A stretch of DNA of 64,000 nt from a virus. The DNA lies in IMG/VR virus record IMGVR_UViG_3300028569_000031, positions 1 to 64,000 of that record; one strand, 5' to 3'. Below, piece after piece: positions 45,637 through 55,422 of the stretch (within the stretch, counting starts at the first letter, position 1; the number at the start of each line of letters is the position of its first letter). The notes beneath the pieces are model-generated. The model made no database searches. It had not been told where the DNA came from and saw nothing but the letters and a program-made list of their open reading frames with translations. The position numbers were made by a program, and so were the translations under genes.

Positions 45637-46887
45637 GTGAAAACATCTGTACAAGGATTAAAATTAATAAAAGGATTTGAAGGCCTCAGGCTTACTGCTT
45701 ATTACGACGTGGTTGGCGTGTTGACAATAGGATATGGTCACACAGGAGATGACGTATACGTTGGCCAAACTATTACAGAACAACAGGCTGAACAATTACT
45801 TCAAAAAGATTTAGACTTTTTTGAACAATCAGTAAGTAAATTAATTTCAATAAATTTAAATCAGAATCAATTCGATGCACTTGTAAGTTTTACTTATAAT
45901 GTTGGAGCTGGTGCGTTAGGTGAATCTACTCTACGCAAACGTTTGAATAGCGGAGAGAACACCAATATTGCAGCAACACAGGAATTAGTAAAGTGGACAA
46001 AAGGCGGTGATGGTCAGAGTATAGCTGGTTTAATAAGACGCCGAACAGAAGAAATTAAGTTATTCTGTGCTGTTAATAACCAGAAAGAAGAAATAACCAC
46101 CATTAGTGTTACCTCTCTTCAGCAAACTTGGTTTAAGAAAGAGCCTAAGCATGCAGACAAACTTGCTAATGACAGTAAAGCAAAGGTTTATCAGGGACGG
46201 ACTTACCCAGGTAATCAAGTTTTAGAAAAAAAAGATAAACATACTTTGCTTGAAATGGGAAACAAAATGGGCAGATGGTGGATTTATGATGATCATTGGA
46301 GTGGACTAACACCGAAGATACATCCTTATGCACAGGATGGAGATTTACGTTATCTACGTAACTTTCCTTTCTTTGATCAAAAAGATAACGGCCCCGAGGG
46401 CTGGCGCCAATGTCAGACAAGCTCAATTGCAATGTGTTTAAAATACACTAACGTAAAAGAAATAAAAGATGATACAGATTATTTAAAAGTTGTTGAACGC
46501 TTTGGTGATACGACCACTAGGGATGCTCATTATAAAGCGTTAGAATCTCTTAACGTATCTGCAAAATTTTATACAAACTTAGAAGAACAAGATATTAAAG
46601 ATCAGATTGATAAAGGTAAGCCCGTGGCTGTTGGTATACTTCATCACGGCATGATAGACGCCCCACGTGGAGGTGGACATTTCATAACCATCTCTGGATA
46701 TAGTAGCAGTTACTGGCTGGTTCAGGACCCTTATGGGGACCTAGACTTAGTTAATGGAGTATGGGAGAACCAGTCACCTGGTGCAGGTAAAAACAGGCAC
46801 TATAGTTTTAAAAACTTAAATCCACGTTTGTTTTACGGCGGCTGTGCTAATGGCTGGGGTTGGATCATTAAGGGAAGTAAGGGGTAA
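45637..46887 (+). CDS. endolysin: GH24 lysozyme plus C39-like peptidase
   Basis: FEGLRL.AY.D..GV.TIGYGHT, FDALVSF.YNVG, GL.RRR.EE; C-terminal QC..SS.AM...GHF...DPYG. Confidence 0.88.
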   Translation: MKTSVQGLKLIKGFEGLRLTAYYDVVGVLTIGYGHTGDDVYVGQTITEQQAEQLLQKDLDFFEQSVSKLISINLNQNQFDALVSFTYNVGAGALGESTLRKRLNSGENTNIAATQELVKWTKGGDGQSIAGLIRRRTEEIKLFCAVNNQKEEITTISVTSLQQTWFKKEPKHADKLANDSKAKVYQGRTYPGNQVLEKKDKHTLLEMGNKMGRWWIYDDHWSGLTPKIHPYAQDGDLRYLRNFPFFDQKDNGPEGWRQCQTSSIAMCLKYTNVKEIKDDTDYLKVVERFGDTTTRDAHYKALESLNVSAKFYTNLEEQDIKDQIDKGKPVAVGILHHGMIDAPRGGGHFITISGYSSSYWLVQDPYGDLDLVNGVWENQSPGAGKNRHYSFKNLNPRLFYGGCANGWGWIIKGSKG

Positions 46888-46938
46888 CCTTGCGTTTAAA
46901 TAAAAATCTGTTAATATTTAAAGAGTTATCTTAGGCTG

Positions 46939-47157
46939 ATGATTGAAAACGTATTAGAACTGGAAAAAGGATTGCAAGAGCAACTAAAGTCTTTAACATC
47001 AGAAATTAGGACAGCAGAGGCCAATTTAATTTCTAGCAAAGAAGGCTATCTAAAAGTCCAGGGAGCTTTAGAAGTTCTTAATATTTTAAAGCAACAGTTA
47101 GAAGAAAAGGCCAATAAACAAATCTTGGAAGCGTGTCAAATCATGAGTCCAGATTAG
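46939..47157 (+). CDS. coiled-coil protein
   Basis: 72 aa with heptads. Confidence 0.6.
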   Translation: MIENVLELEKGLQEQLKSLTSEIRTAEANLISSKEGYLKVQGALEVLNILKQQLEEKANKQILEACQIMSPD

Positions 47158-47253
47158 CTGCACGTGTGTGGTTTACATTGAACCATGTATTTTATTGTTA
47201 GTAAGTATACAGATGTATGCGCCATATCTTTTATTTAGAAGCATGAGCTCACC

Positions 47254-47664
47254 GTGTTTCACACTGAGAATGAACTCTTAGCTGAACTAATTGTTCTCAC
47301 TCCAAAACTTGCTCGAAAAAAATTCCGTCAAAGTATTTTTGAGGCGTGGAAGTGGAACTGCGCTTATTGTGAAAAACAACTTTGTCATAATACCGCTACA
47401 ATTGATCACATTGTTCCAAAACATAAAGGTGGTCACAACACAAGAAATAATCTCGCTTGTTGTTGCGGTTTTTGTAACTCATCTAAAGGATCTCAAAAAC
47501 TTGACTTATGGTATACAGACGGTAACCCTAAATACACTAAAGAAAGGGCTGATAAGATTAAAGAATGGACAGAGCAGAAACCAAAGTCCTTAAACCTAGC
47601 CGCTGCTCATCAGGCTATTCCGTATATTTGTGAGGATGCATATGTTGGATGGATCGCAACCTGA
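47254..47664 (+). CDS. HNH endonuclease
   Basis: CAYC...DHIVP..KGG....NL..CC..CN..KG. Confidence 0.88.
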   Translation: MFHTENELLAELIVLTPKLARKKFRQSIFEAWKWNCAYCEKQLCHNTATIDHIVPKHKGGHNTRNNLACCCGFCNSSKGSQKLDLWYTDGNPKYTKERADKIKEWTEQKPKSLNLAAAHQAIPYICEDAYVGWIAT

Positions 47665-47812
47665 TAGACAACAAACAGCAATGGTGCCATCTGAGTTTCT
47701 TGCTGGCTATGTTCAAAAATTAAATTCTTACAGAAGGCCAGACCCTTTTGAAATTGCAGATAACGGCGCTGTGCCTCAGGATGTAGCAACTAATTTAGCC
47801 GGTCGAATGTAG
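47630..47812 (+). CDS. small disordered protein
   Basis: carries FLAGY and LAG motifs; start uncertain. Confidence 0.5.
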   Translation: MRMHMLDGSQPDRQQTAMVPSEFLAGYVQKLNSYRRPDPFEIADNGAVPQDVATNLAGRM

Positions 47813-47814
47813 GT

Positions 47815-48087
47815 ATGGCAGACCACGCTAAAGCTAAGCGTTTATCGAAAGAGCACATGAAGTGTAATAAACCACAACGTGCTCCAGCTGGCGATACCCA
47901 TAAATGGGTTGTTAAGTCTTGTCACGACGGGAAAGAGGCTATAGTGCGTTACGGGCGAAGGGGTTACGAAGACTACACCCAGCATGGAGATAAAGAACGC
48001 AGGAAAAATTTTAGGGCTAGAATGGGATGTGATAAACCCACGGATAAAAATACGCCTAAATACTGGGCGTGCTCACACCTTTGGTAA
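47815..48087 (+). CDS. small basic phage protein
   Basis: IVRYG..GY.D...H.D..RR.NFRAR..C...YWAC..LW. Confidence 0.7.
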   Translation: MADHAKAKRLSKEHMKCNKPQRAPAGDTHKWVVKSCHDGKEAIVRYGRRGYEDYTQHGDKERRKNFRARMGCDKPTDKNTPKYWACSHLW

Positions 48088-48092
48088 TTTAA

Positions 48093-48563
48093 ATGGTAAA
48101 AGACCTAACCGATAAAAAAACTTCTTGCTACTGCCTTCTAGTGCAGTGCTTAAGGGATTCCGTAAATGTTTACCACCAAACTCAACTTGTCCATTGGGGA
48201 CTAATGGGAGGTAAATTTTATGAAATCCATCTGTTGACAGAAAAAATATACCGTGAAATGGAGGAAGGCATAGATACAATTGCTGAACATATCCGTTCTT
48301 TAGGTATTGCCACACCTAAGACCGTAATGGATTTAACATATTCAAATATGCCTGAGTTACCGTTTGAAGATTGTTTTAGCCAGGACAAAATTATTCTCCA
48401 AATAGCCGCAAACCACGACACACTTGCTTGCAATTTCAATGATTTGATTACTGAATCAAACCTCATTGGAGATCAGTTGACCTTAGATCTTGGAGTTGAA
48501 CGGGCTAGGGTGCATAAAAAAAATCAATGGCTGCTAAAATCCAATTTAGATTACAAAAAATAA
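48093..48563 (+). CDS. dps: Dps (ferritin-like DNA-protection protein)
   Basis: HW..MG..F..IH...E.IY......D.IAE.IR.LG...K..W.L. Confidence 0.88.
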   Translation: MVKDLTDKKTSCYCLLVQCLRDSVNVYHQTQLVHWGLMGGKFYEIHLLTEKIYREMEEGIDTIAEHIRSLGIATPKTVMDLTYSNMPELPFEDCFSQDKIILQIAANHDTLACNFNDLITESNLIGDQLTLDLGVERARVHKKNQWLLKSNLDYKK

Positions 48564-48566
48564 ATC

Positions 48567-48923
48567 ATGAGCTTTGATCCTAGTTTTATTGATAGCGTAT
48601 TTTTTAACTCAGGAGCACTTTCGGCAGCAGGTGCAACAGCAACCTTTCAAGTTGCAGAGCAGAATATATCATCTTTAACTGACTTTTTAATTCAAGTCAC
48701 TGCCGCATCAATCCCCGCTGGTGGTAATGTTGTTTTTAAAATAGAAGGCAGTTTAGATGGAACAAATTACTTTAATTTAAATACGGCAGGCAATACTACT
48801 GTTGCCAGTAATGGCACAACTTTTGTAACTTACTCTAATATGCCATTAAAGTATATCCGTTGTAATTTAGTTTCATTTTCATCAGGCTCGCCAACCGCTT
48901 CTTTTGTTATTGGCGCTAAATAA
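48567..48923 (+). CDS. beta-sandwich structural protein
   Basis: IEGSLDGTNY motif; paralogue of next gene. Confidence 0.6.
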   Translation: MSFDPSFIDSVFFNSGALSAAGATATFQVAEQNISSLTDFLIQVTAASIPAGGNVVFKIEGSLDGTNYFNLNTAGNTTVASNGTTFVTYSNMPLKYIRCNLVSFSSGSPTASFVIGAK

Positions 48924-48926
48924 GTC

Positions 48927-49271
48927 ATGAGTTATTTCGAGGGTTATCAGCAAACAGTATTTTTTGATTTCCCAGAACTGTCCGCCCCCGGTATTACTGA
49001 TGCTGTTGATGTTTATATTACAAACTATTTATCCACACGTAACTATACATTTATTGTTATAGTTGCAAATGTAAATAACCACGTTGATGTTAATTTAGAG
49101 GGTAGTCTTGACGGTATAAATTTCGGTGTAATGCGTACTGAAAAAATCACCGCAAATGGTACCTATGCATATAATGTCAGTGGGTTCCCGGTAAAAAAAA
49201 TACGTGCTAATTTTTTCCATGAGTCCGGCGGTAGTTCTGCAACAGTTAAATTTAATATTGCCGCCAATTAA
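48927..49271 (+). CDS. beta-sandwich structural protein
   Basis: LEGSLDGINF motif. Confidence 0.6.
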   Translation: MSYFEGYQQTVFFDFPELSAPGITDAVDVYITNYLSTRNYTFIVIVANVNNHVDVNLEGSLDGINFGVMRTEKITANGTYAYNVSGFPVKKIRANFFHESGGSSATVKFNIAAN

Positions 49272-50062
49272 ATTAACGCCCAAGACCTGAACCATTTAGT
49301 AATTACATATTTATTGTTGCTTACTGGTGGCAATGCTTCGTGAAGTGTTTTGTAATTAGGCATACCGTTTCTATATAGATTATTCCAAATAACAGCCGTT
49401 CCTTTTTCAGGTTTAACCTTTAGTTTTAGATGTTTAAAATAAGTTTCTCCACCTTCTTCTACATCGTTCAAATAACACATAACAGTCCAGGTTCTTTGTC
49501 CCATCCATTCTGTATATATAGAAAACTCTTTTGTTCTGGGATGAAAGAAATCATGATGCTCCTTGTAATATTCACCGGGTAAATAGCTTTGCCCTTGCAG
49601 TGTTTCGCCGGTAAATGGTTCTAGATCCATAAATTGACAGATTTTCCAATCCAACGCATTTAAAAATGGTGAATAAAAATAATGCAGATCAGTTGTCTTA
49701 CTTGTTCTATAGTCAGACGTAACAGCTTGATCACTTGGATCAGCAACCGTAGAGGGTCTTGACCTTGCGTTAATTACTTCTATTAGTTGCTTGCACGTTG
49801 CTGACGATAAAAAATTCTTATGTATAAAGAGCTGAGTAAAAGGAAAACTTATATCTTGTTTTATTTTTGTTATTGGTCGATTAGAAAATAAGTTATAATT
49901 AATTCTTTTTGGTTTCTTGTTGAAAGAACAAGCATTTATAAGCTCTTCAATATTTTTATCGGTATATTTATATTTTTCTTTAAAGTGACGAATCACCTGT
50001 GTTTTACTTACACCAGCAACAGCTGCCTTTATAAACTCAGCTGTTATGGTACTATTGATCAC
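49268..50062 (-). CDS. prolyl 4-hydroxylase-like 2OG-Fe(II) oxygenase
   Basis: RTS, Y.EH.DFF, R.WT..YLNDVEEGGET.F, LH.A.P...K...TKW; ORF open to 50161, GTG 50062 likelier. Confidence 0.88.
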   Translation of the reverse strand: MINSTITAEFIKAAVAGVSKTQVIRHFKEKYKYTDKNIEELINACSFNKKPKRINYNLFSNRPITKIKQDISFPFTQLFIHKNFLSSATCKQLIEVINARSRPSTVADPSDQAVTSDYRTSKTTDLHYFYSPFLNALDWKICQFMDLEPFTGETLQGQSYLPGEYYKEHHDFFHPRTKEFSIYTEWMGQRTWTVMCYLNDVEEGGETYFKHLKLKVKPEKGTAVIWNNLYRNGMPNYKTLHEALPPVSNNKYVITKWFRSWALI

Positions 50063-50117
50063 TGTGTACTGAGTGTAGGGTTGCTTAAAATATAGTAGTT
50101 TAAAAGCGGGTTTGCAA

Positions 50118-50288
50118 GTGTTTGCTATTATTCTTTTATCAGGATTAATCTTTGGAAGCACCTACGCTTTAGGCACAATATGTCTAAACAAGCAATGGAG
50201 CAAAAATGGATTACGTTCTTGCCAAACAAGTATGGAACGCCTTGGTAAATGTAAAACGTTAACAAGGGTCAACTCTGGTTTATCCTAG
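50118..50288 (+). CDS. 56-aa membrane peptide
   Basis: GTG 50118, FAIILLSGLIFGSTYALG; TAAAAT just upstream. Confidence 0.4.
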   Translation: MFAIILLSGLIFGSTYALGTICLNKQWSKNGLRSCQTSMERLGKCKTLTRVNSGLS

Positions 50289-50346
50289 AGAACAAGCGAC
50301 AAAGCAACTTAGAACTGCTAAAATAACAGTATAAGTTGGAAAGCCG

Positions 50347-50568
50347 ATGGACACTCACGCCTTAGAGCTACCAGTGGATGCACAGTTTGCTTTACATGCT
50401 GCTGCGCTAAGCTTAAAACAACTTGACAGAGATGAACTAGAAGAAGCGTTTATCGACATGCTCCATCAAAAAATGATGGACAAACAGTTGTTCTTTGGTA
50501 TCATGAAAGAACACGGCATAGACGCTGAAATTAAGTTTAACTACCTGACAAAAAGCCAACTCTCCTAA
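50347..50568 (+). CDS. nblA: NblA-like phycobilisome degradation adaptor
   Basis: LELPVDAQFALH...LKQLDRDEL...M..Q.M......MK matches the NblA pattern L.LEQ.F......V..MS.EQ....L..Q. Confidence 0.6.
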   Translation: MDTHALELPVDAQFALHAAALSLKQLDRDELEEAFIDMLHQKMMDKQLFFGIMKEHGIDAEIKFNYLTKSQLS

Positions 50569-50573
50569 TTACC

Positions 50574-50960
50574 ATGCCTACCAGAACAATCAAAGGGACC
50601 ATTGACAACTTTTTTGTTAATGCTGGAAGTGAAGTTACTTACCAAGGAACAACGTCCGCATCCTCAACCCCTGGCCTGAACATTAGGGGCTTTCGCGTTG
50701 ACCCAGCCAGTACTGGTAGTCTAATAGTTACGTTAGACAGAAGTAATGGTGTCAATACCATGGAAATTTTTCAAGAGGACGTTTACAACGGCTCTACTGC
50801 ACCAGCAGGGTACAAAACTTTTGCTAACATAGCAAAGGATGGTCGCAGTAAAGGCGTAGTTGCTGTTACCGTAACAGATGCAACCAAAAACTACATTGTC
50901 CTCCTGGAGCTAGATGGGTATTCAGAAGTCACTTACAACGGCAGCGTTGTTGTCCCATAA
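50574..50960 (+). CDS. beta-rich putative structural protein
   Basis: 128 aa, T/G/V-rich. Confidence 0.55.
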   Translation: MPTRTIKGTIDNFFVNAGSEVTYQGTTSASSTPGLNIRGFRVDPASTGSLIVTLDRSNGVNTMEIFQEDVYNGSTAPAGYKTFANIAKDGRSKGVVAVTVTDATKNYIVLLELDGYSEVTYNGSVVVP

Positions 50961-51660
50961 GGAAACTTTACCTTTATTTTTGAATCAAGACGGAATAAAA
51001 TTAATACAATTATATACAACGCCAAGAATTTACTTAGGTTCTGGACGCTTTGGTTGCTATAAAGAAGAAGGAGCTGATCACTACAAAATTGGTTATGGCA
51101 GTGAAAAAATTAAAAAACATGCAGTTAATTGGCACACTAAATCTACAGTAAAAGAAATTAACAACCAATTAATAGAAGACCTTAAACCCTTTGCTGAAAA
51201 GGTGCAGGCCTATGTACTTGTAAGTTTAAATAATAAAAAAAGAGCCGCACTATTAAGCTATGCTCATAGCATAGGCCTAGCTGCTTTTAAAGAATCTTAT
51301 TTACTTGAGTTAATAAACTCTTACGCCAGTAAGAAGTTGATTATTAAGGAGTGGAGTCCACTGATAAATTCAATTTATTTTGGCGCTGATAATAAGTTAA
51401 AAGAACGCCGCCGCGTTGAACTAAACATGTACATGGCACCTGATAAAGAAGTGCCATTATTTTTTGAACATAAATGCAAACTTAATCAATGCCTTCTAAA
51501 CATAGGAGAAAGTTATCTAGGTACGCCAAATCAAGTAAAAGCAATTGAATATTTAGAACGCAAATTACTTGAATTTGATCCCTCCCAAGAAACTTTGCGG
51601 CGTTTTTGGCGTTATTGGAATCAAGAACAGGGTTGCCTTGGCTCTAATAAAACTATTTAA
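50914..51660 (+). CDS. GH24 lysozyme-like protein lacking the catalytic Glu
   Basis: GIKLI, IGYG, LN...AALLS.A.SIG, L.ERR..E; FEG replaced by YTT. Confidence 0.65.
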   Translation: MGIQKSLTTAALLSHKETLPLFLNQDGIKLIQLYTTPRIYLGSGRFGCYKEEGADHYKIGYGSEKIKKHAVNWHTKSTVKEINNQLIEDLKPFAEKVQAYVLVSLNNKKRAALLSYAHSIGLAAFKESYLLELINSYASKKLIIKEWSPLINSIYFGADNKLKERRRVELNMYMAPDKEVPLFFEHKCKLNQCLLNIGESYLGTPNQVKAIEYLERKLLEFDPSQETLRRFWRYWNQEQGCLGSNKTI

Positions 51661-52055
51661 TTATTTTCATGAGAAGCAATAAGCCTATCTAAATACCACC
51701 GGCTTTTTTTTAAATCTTCTAAAGTATTGTTTTTATGGTCGGCACGCCACACATACTTTATTACATTGCCTTGACAGTAGCCACGAAATTTTTCAGTTCC
51801 TAGTGCCGCTTTAATTGCTTCTATGCATTCTATATCTTCATTTTTTGTATAATGCACTGGCGCGTAAACGTTATCCGAAACGCCTTCGCTTAACTTATTT
51901 GAAATTAAGTTAGGCGTAGAAAAAATATTTTTAGTTTCTGTCTCCCAGTTGTCGTCTGCATACCAATCAAAACTACCAGTGGGGAAATTACAGCCTGGGT
52001 TGGCAGAGTTAAAAGAGATGGTATCCTCACCTGGGGTAGACTGAAAAGTAATCAC
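51657..52055 (-). CDS. DUF3310 protein
   Basis: V..P.HY....IECIEAI...GN..KYVWR..HK...EDLKK..WYL. Confidence 0.85.
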   Translation of the reverse strand: MITFQSTPGEDTISFNSANPGCNFPTGSFDWYADDNWETETKNIFSTPNLISNKLSEGVSDNVYAPVHYTKNEDIECIEAIKAALGTEKFRGYCQGNVIKYVWRADHKNNTLEDLKKSRWYLDRLIASHENN

Positions 52056-52085
52056 GGCAGTAAGTGCATCTGCCCAAATACTAGC

Positions 52086-52340
52086 ATGAAATTAGAAACA
52101 AGTCAGGATTATGACGTTGATAATCGGTATGAGGAAACCGATGGTCCTAATGGTTCAAGTGTGTCCGACAATACCTCTGGTAAAAAATTCTTAACTAGGT
52201 ATATAAACAATTCAAAAGATTTGATTAAGCAGAACGCAGCTTCAGATGGTCAAGATGAGGATAGGTTTATCATGTCTGGCCCAGGTGACGTTACCTATGG
52301 CTTTAGAAATGCGTTTCGCGCCAGCTTGTTTAACAGATGA
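52086..52340 (+). CDS. small disordered protein
   Basis: FLTRY motif. Confidence 0.55.
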   Translation: MKLETSQDYDVDNRYEETDGPNGSSVSDNTSGKKFLTRYINNSKDLIKQNAASDGQDEDRFIMSGPGDVTYGFRNAFRASLFNR

Positions 52341-52950
52341 CTTTACCTATATTAGAAAAAATTTGTTGAAACTTTTCAATTTGATTAAAACCTAAATCCG
52401 TACTAGGTAAGTAAACAAAAAACCCCCACGTAAACGGTGCGCCTAAGACCTTCATAAATTTACCGTGTATCAGCCTTGCCCTATCTTTTGGTATACACAC
52501 TGGATAGTTCCATATCTCTGGACAGCTTCTTAATATTTCATGGCTAGTAGAAAAAAATAAAGCTTCTGAAACATTACGAAGTTTCCATTCTTTTTCTAAT
52601 CTTTTAAACCAAACAGAAGAGGGGGACTTACCGGTGTGGCCTCCTTTTAATCCCCATCTCCATGTACCACGTTGTTTATTGAAAGAGCAACGTCCGTATG
52701 TAGGGGGGAATAAATATGTTTTTCCCAACCACTGTTCATGAGTATTTAAACCATCTTCTTTTAATGTATAAATTTTTTTTGCACGTAAATATTCCTTATT
52801 AGCGTGTTCTGTTGTGCAAGGGTCTAAATCAATGTCGCCAAGTAAAGCATATATATAAGGTAGGTATTCAACGGGAGTCAACCAATCCTCTTCAATTCTT
52901 AAGATTCTTGTGAGAAATAAATGTCGAGGCAGGTTTTTGTAATAACTCAT
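52330..52950 (-). CDS. phage Dam-type N6-adenine methyltransferase-like protein with altered motif IV
   Basis: W.TP...IDLDPC...DGL...W.G...FPPTY in place of NPPY. Confidence 0.65.
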   Translation of the reverse strand: MSYYKNLPRHLFLTRILRIEEDWLTPVEYLPYIYALLGDIDLDPCTTEHANKEYLRAKKIYTLKEDGLNTHEQWLGKTYLFPPTYGRCSFNKQRGTWRWGLKGGHTGKSPSSVWFKRLEKEWKLRNVSEALFFSTSHEILRSCPEIWNYPVCIPKDRARLIHGKFMKVLGAPFTWGFFVYLPSTDLGFNQIEKFQQIFSNIGKVIC

Positions 52951-53354
52951 GTAGGTACAAGATCCGCAACACCTTTTTCACGCTTATAATGTAGCAACGA
53001 CATGTGCTGGGGGTCTTGAATAATAAATAAAGCTTCTTTTTCTAGGTCAAGTGACTCAGCTTTAACAATAGCTTTACGCATTATCTCAGCAATTCCATCC
53101 ATGTCTTTTGATTGCATATCCTCTCTGGCTGCAATTAGAGCTGCAACCGACATGTAAAACATTGAATCCTTTTCTTCTTTGGCCGTTGGAACATATACCA
53201 TAGCTCCGGGGCCTTCAAAATAATAAAACCGATCATAAAAATCACACATGTCATCGCAAATTCTTTCAATGACAAGCTTGGTCAGCACACGTTCCGTTTC
53301 AGTTGGCGTGTTGCCAGCTAATTTAGCTAGTTTTTGTTTCCTGTAGTCAGTCAT
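52947..53354 (-). CDS. hypothetical protein
   Basis: 135 aa, ATGA-coupled. Confidence 0.65.
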   Translation of the reverse strand: MTDYRKQKLAKLAGNTPTETERVLTKLVIERICDDMCDFYDRFYYFEGPGAMVYVPTAKEEKDSMFYMSVAALIAAREDMQSKDMDGIAEIMRKAIVKAESLDLEKEALFIIQDPQHMSLLHYKREKGVADLVPT

Positions 53355-53424
53355 TTTTGAAGTTGCAAGTTAATAACGATAATAACAAAGAAAGAATAAA
53401 AAAACAGGTCGGATAACCAGAAAA

Positions 53425-54006
53425 TTATTTTGTTCCAGTCTCCCCTGGGGCTTGCTTTATAAATGCAAACAACCCTGAACGTTTCAATGTTTCTCTTATT
53501 TTGGGTAGCGGCCTATAAATTACCACCATTTTACCAAGATTACCGACTTCCTTAATTAATTTTCCTGACTCGTCTCTCATCTTAATTAATTCTTCTTGCC
53601 GAATCAAATATTCTGCAACACATCTATATCTTCGTTTTGTTGCAAGGTCAATGTCAGGGAATTTAGCACATATTTTTGCCGGTACCATATCGCTAAAACA
53701 TATTCTTATTTGATCAGCAAGTGATAGCCCCAAAACCAAATCATTTGTGGATGTTTCGTAGCTACAAACAAGTTCTAAATACCTTCTCAGATCTGCGTCT
53801 TCAAAGCTACCTGACGGCGGCAAAAACATTTCCACCTGGTCTGCTAACGAGGGTACTAATTTTTCCTTGATATTTTCAATTGTGACTTCTGAAATGTTTA
53901 AACCGTTAAACCTATAGCTTACGTATTTATTTGGGTCAATAGAAGTTTTTTTTACTGGCGATAGCGCCGGTAACTCCCCTTCTTCAATCAAATAATCCGA
54001 CAACAT
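53425..54006 (-). CDS. hypothetical protein
   Basis: 193 aa ORF. Confidence 0.65.
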   Translation of the reverse strand: MLSDYLIEEGELPALSPVKKTSIDPNKYVSYRFNGLNISEVTIENIKEKLVPSLADQVEMFLPPSGSFEDADLRRYLELVCSYETSTNDLVLGLSLADQIRICFSDMVPAKICAKFPDIDLATKRRYRCVAEYLIRQEELIKMRDESGKLIKEVGNLGKMVVIYRPLPKIRETLKRSGLFAFIKQAPGETGTK

Positions 54007-54015
54007 GGTGTTCCA

Positions 54016-54402
54016 TTACGTTTCTATAGGTATCTTAACGTTTTTTAAGAACTTGTCACATTGTATTGCATGCGTAATACGTAGTACCCATGCATAGTAA
54101 ATTCTCTTGTCTTCCATGTTTTTTAAATCCCCTGGTTTTGGCCTACCCCCATAATTGCAAGCTTCCCAAAAAGCCTTTGCTATTTGTTTTTCTTGCTGAG
54201 TCATTAATGAATGCATAACCTTTGTAGACATACTGGCCAATAGTTCGTTAAACTGGGCCATATGTAAAGGATTTTCTTCCCCATGAAAAAAACCATCACT
54301 TACGCTGAGCTGATTTTGTTCCTCGTCTTCATGCCCCTTGGGACAGTAGGGGTGGTCCATCTGGCGCAGTTTATTAGTAGTAATATCAGTATAGAGATCC
54401 AT
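54016..54402 (-). CDS. hypothetical protein
   Basis: 128 aa ORF. Confidence 0.55.
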   Translation of the reverse strand: MDLYTDITTNKLRQMDHPYCPKGHEDEEQNQLSVSDGFFHGEENPLHMAQFNELLASMSTKVMHSLMTQQEKQIAKAFWEACNYGGRPKPGDLKNMEDKRIYYAWVLRITHAIQCDKFLKNVKIPIET

Positions 54403-54420
54403 GTAAAAAAATAGGTAATT

Positions 54421-55389
54421 ATGGGAAGCAAGAAATCAACCGCACCTACGGTAATTATGCCTGCGCCAACGGCGCCTTCCCTGTATCGTTCCATTACAAC
54501 GCCAGAGGCTTTTGCTGTTGGCGAGAAATATTTAAAAAGCCTCCAAGATATGGGGGCACTTAGCAAAGCAAGTCGTGAGGCTGCCGTAGGAACAGATAAA
54601 GATTTACGCGAAACTCAGGAACAAACAAAATACCAAGCCGCCGCAACTTATGCATCTTCTCTCCCCAAAGGAGATAAATACTTAGCTGAAAGCACCGGTA
54701 TTCCTAGAGAACTTTTATACAAAACTGCAACTACAGCAGCAACTACAATTGCTGACGAGAAACAGAAAGATTATCTTGATGCAGTAAAAAACAATACAAC
54801 CCCTGTAACTGAAGCAGGTTCTAAGTTACGCGAATTTAATCGTTACTATAATCCAAGTACTCGACAACATTTTTATAGCTCAACGCCAGACACAGAATTA
54901 TTAAGTGGTTGGAATAAAGAAGGTGATACTGCATTCAAAACACTGGATCCTAGTGATACTACTGCCGGTGCAAGTACTTTGTATCGTTTGTATAGACCAG
55001 GTGATAAGCCGGGTGGACCTAACCATTTATTTACAACATCAAAAGAAGAACGGGATTCTGCCATTTCTCAAGGATTTAATTATGAAGGTGATGTAGGTAA
55101 GGTTTATGATACTGCTCAGGCAGATACACAAGAAGTACAACGTTTTTATAATCCTGAACTAAACCGACATATGTATACTGCTGATTTAGAAGAAATTAAA
55201 ACCTTAGCAGGTAAGGGTTACAACAGAGAAGGATCTTTCTTTACTCCAACAAAAGCAGCACCTGCTGCACCTGCTGCACCTGCACCTGCTGCGCCTTCTA
55301 CACCAAGTGAAGACGCCGCTGCTGTTGACAAAGCAAGAGCAGATTTACTCGCTAAAGCAGCAGCGCAAAACCCAGTTAAAACACCTTAA
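54421..55389 (+). CDS. putative virion protein with DUF5648 repeats
   Basis: three R.YN....H.YT.....G...EG repeats; N-terminus MGSKKSTAPTVI resembles the 16015 ORF. Confidence 0.7.
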   Translation: MGSKKSTAPTVIMPAPTAPSLYRSITTPEAFAVGEKYLKSLQDMGALSKASREAAVGTDKDLRETQEQTKYQAAATYASSLPKGDKYLAESTGIPRELLYKTATTAATTIADEKQKDYLDAVKNNTTPVTEAGSKLREFNRYYNPSTRQHFYSSTPDTELLSGWNKEGDTAFKTLDPSDTTAGASTLYRLYRPGDKPGGPNHLFTTSKEERDSAISQGFNYEGDVGKVYDTAQADTQEVQRFYNPELNRHMYTADLEEIKTLAGKGYNREGSFFTPTKAAPAAPAAPAPAAPSTPSEDAAAVDKARADLLAKAAAQNPVKTP

Positions 55390-55422
55390 TAAACAGGGTT
55401 ATAGGGTTTTAAATATTGATTA

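Noticed and set aside
51986-51998. AATTACAGCCTGG matching the early pseudoknot
   Set aside because: Inside the DUF3310 CDS on the non-coding strand, with no downstream GCTG partner; likely chance.
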